Of a stretch of 32,000 nt of DNA, positions 31,420 through 32,000 are shown one piece after another; position 1 is the first letter of the stretch; every line of letters starts with the position of its first letter. The translations under genes were made by a program, and so were the position numbers. Under the pieces are notes generated by a model, which had not been told where the DNA came from, searched no databases, and worked only from the letters and a program-made list of their open reading frames with translations. Origin of the DNA: Ktedonobacterales bacterium (GTDB lineage Bacteria; Chloroflexota; Ktedonobacteria; Ktedonobacterales; JADMIN01); the NCBI GenBank assembly GCA_030167145.1, contig CP126532.1:3870001-3902000 (forward strand). The letters are read 5' to 3'.

Positions 31420-32000
31420 ATGCGCATACAGTGGACAAACAATGGTAACACACATAACAGGAGCTTACCCCTCTCGTTTGCAGGTGTGTTGATAGTTGTC
31501 TTGGTACTGGCAGCATTTAAGTTGACATCATCACCACAGGAGATGCAGCCTACAGCGCTAACCTTGCAACAGGGTGACGTCGGACAAGATTTTCGCTTGA
31601 TGGTGAACGCACAATCAGGCCCAACACAGAAGGCGCTAATCGCACCATCCTACCAAAAGCAGTTCATAGGGGGAAATCTCAAATATTACATGAACGTAAA
31701 TGTATTTGAGCAGAGCAGCCTCGACGAAATCAACAACTGGGCCAAGGCGCATAGTGTGCCGGTGACCTACCCTCCTACCATTGAAGGCTCGTATGTCGTT
31801 GATCATCACGGAATCTTTGCGATTACCAGCCAGGTTTTGCTTTATGCCGATGAGAAGTCTGCGATAGCAGACTTTCACTGCTGTACTTATGTAGGCAGGC
31901 AGGATAGTTTTTCAGGGTACAGAGATATTTCAGTCCAAATTGGCAATGAAGCAACTGCTTTCGGCGGTATATTAGATTCACCTGCACATGCTCCTGCATA
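31420..32000 (+). CDS. Membrane-anchored hypothetical protein, 3' partial (absent from the supplied ORF track because it has no stop in the window)
   Basis: My own translation from the ATG at 31420 gives MRIQWTNNGNTHNRSLPLSFAGVLIVVLVLAAFKLTSSPQEMQPTALTLQQGDVGQDF... It stays open for 193 codons to the window edge and has one N-terminal TM helix. Confidence 0.5.
   Translation, partial: MRIQWTNNGNTHNRSLPLSFAGVLIVVLVLAAFKLTSSPQEMQPTALTLQQGDVGQDFRLMVNAQSGPTQKALIAPSYQKQFIGGNLKYYMNVNVFEQSSLDEINNWAKAHSVPVTYPPTIEGSYVVDHHGIFAITSQVLLYADEKSAIADFHCCTYVGRQDSFSGYRDISVQIGNEATAFGGILDSPAHAPA

Noticed and set aside
29519-32000. Calling the right-hand island a prophage or integrative element
   Set aside because: No integrase, phage or conjugation gene is visible in the window, and no repeat of the tRNA 3' end is present. 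Only the compositional shift and the tRNA adjacency are seen, so it is reported as a hypothesis only.

Overview
This is a high-GC bacterial chromosomal window. By eye it is in the high 60s percent GC; I did not compute it. Genes have Shine-Dalgarno leaders. A DDN-type deazaflavin enzyme, DinB and patatin genes fit a Chloroflexota- or Actinomycetota-like host, but the host cannot be determined from this window. Layout: (1) 1-6735, + strand: operon for CoA-dependent aerobic aromatic-acid catabolism. It encodes a fused FAD-monooxygenase/OYE reductase, an SDR, a crotonase, RidA, an acyl-CoA dehydrogenase and a PaaK-like CoA ligase. (2) 6986-9072, + strand: a small ORF followed by a PRiA4_ORF3-domain protein. 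(3) 9080-14356, - strand: a cluster of three ATP-dependent amidoligases (a YbdK/GCS2 ligase and two ATP-grasp proteins), an esterase and a conserved hypothetical. (4) DinB, proline dehydrogenase, a membrane-anchored Ig-like protein, patatin, and an ion channel with an atypical pore filter. (5) 20089-23160: a lower-GC insert. It holds a consensus promoter, a 2-codon mini-ORF, 7.3 perfect copies of a 49-bp non-coding repeat, a secreted papain-like peptidase and a beta-propeller lipoprotein. (6) Core genes udg, pnp and rpsO. (7) An ECF41-like sigma factor with a DDN-like gene. (8) tRNA-Lys(CUU), followed by a second lower-GC island of membrane and secreted proteins that runs off the right edge. 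Throughout the high-GC part, the intergenic gaps carry a REP-like hairpin family (GGGCGTCCGCCGGACGCCCCTAC) with compensatory stem variants. The most unusual locus is the promoter / mini-ORF / 49-bp repeat leader at 20208-20698. All functional names are motif-level calls made by eye, because no database search was possible.
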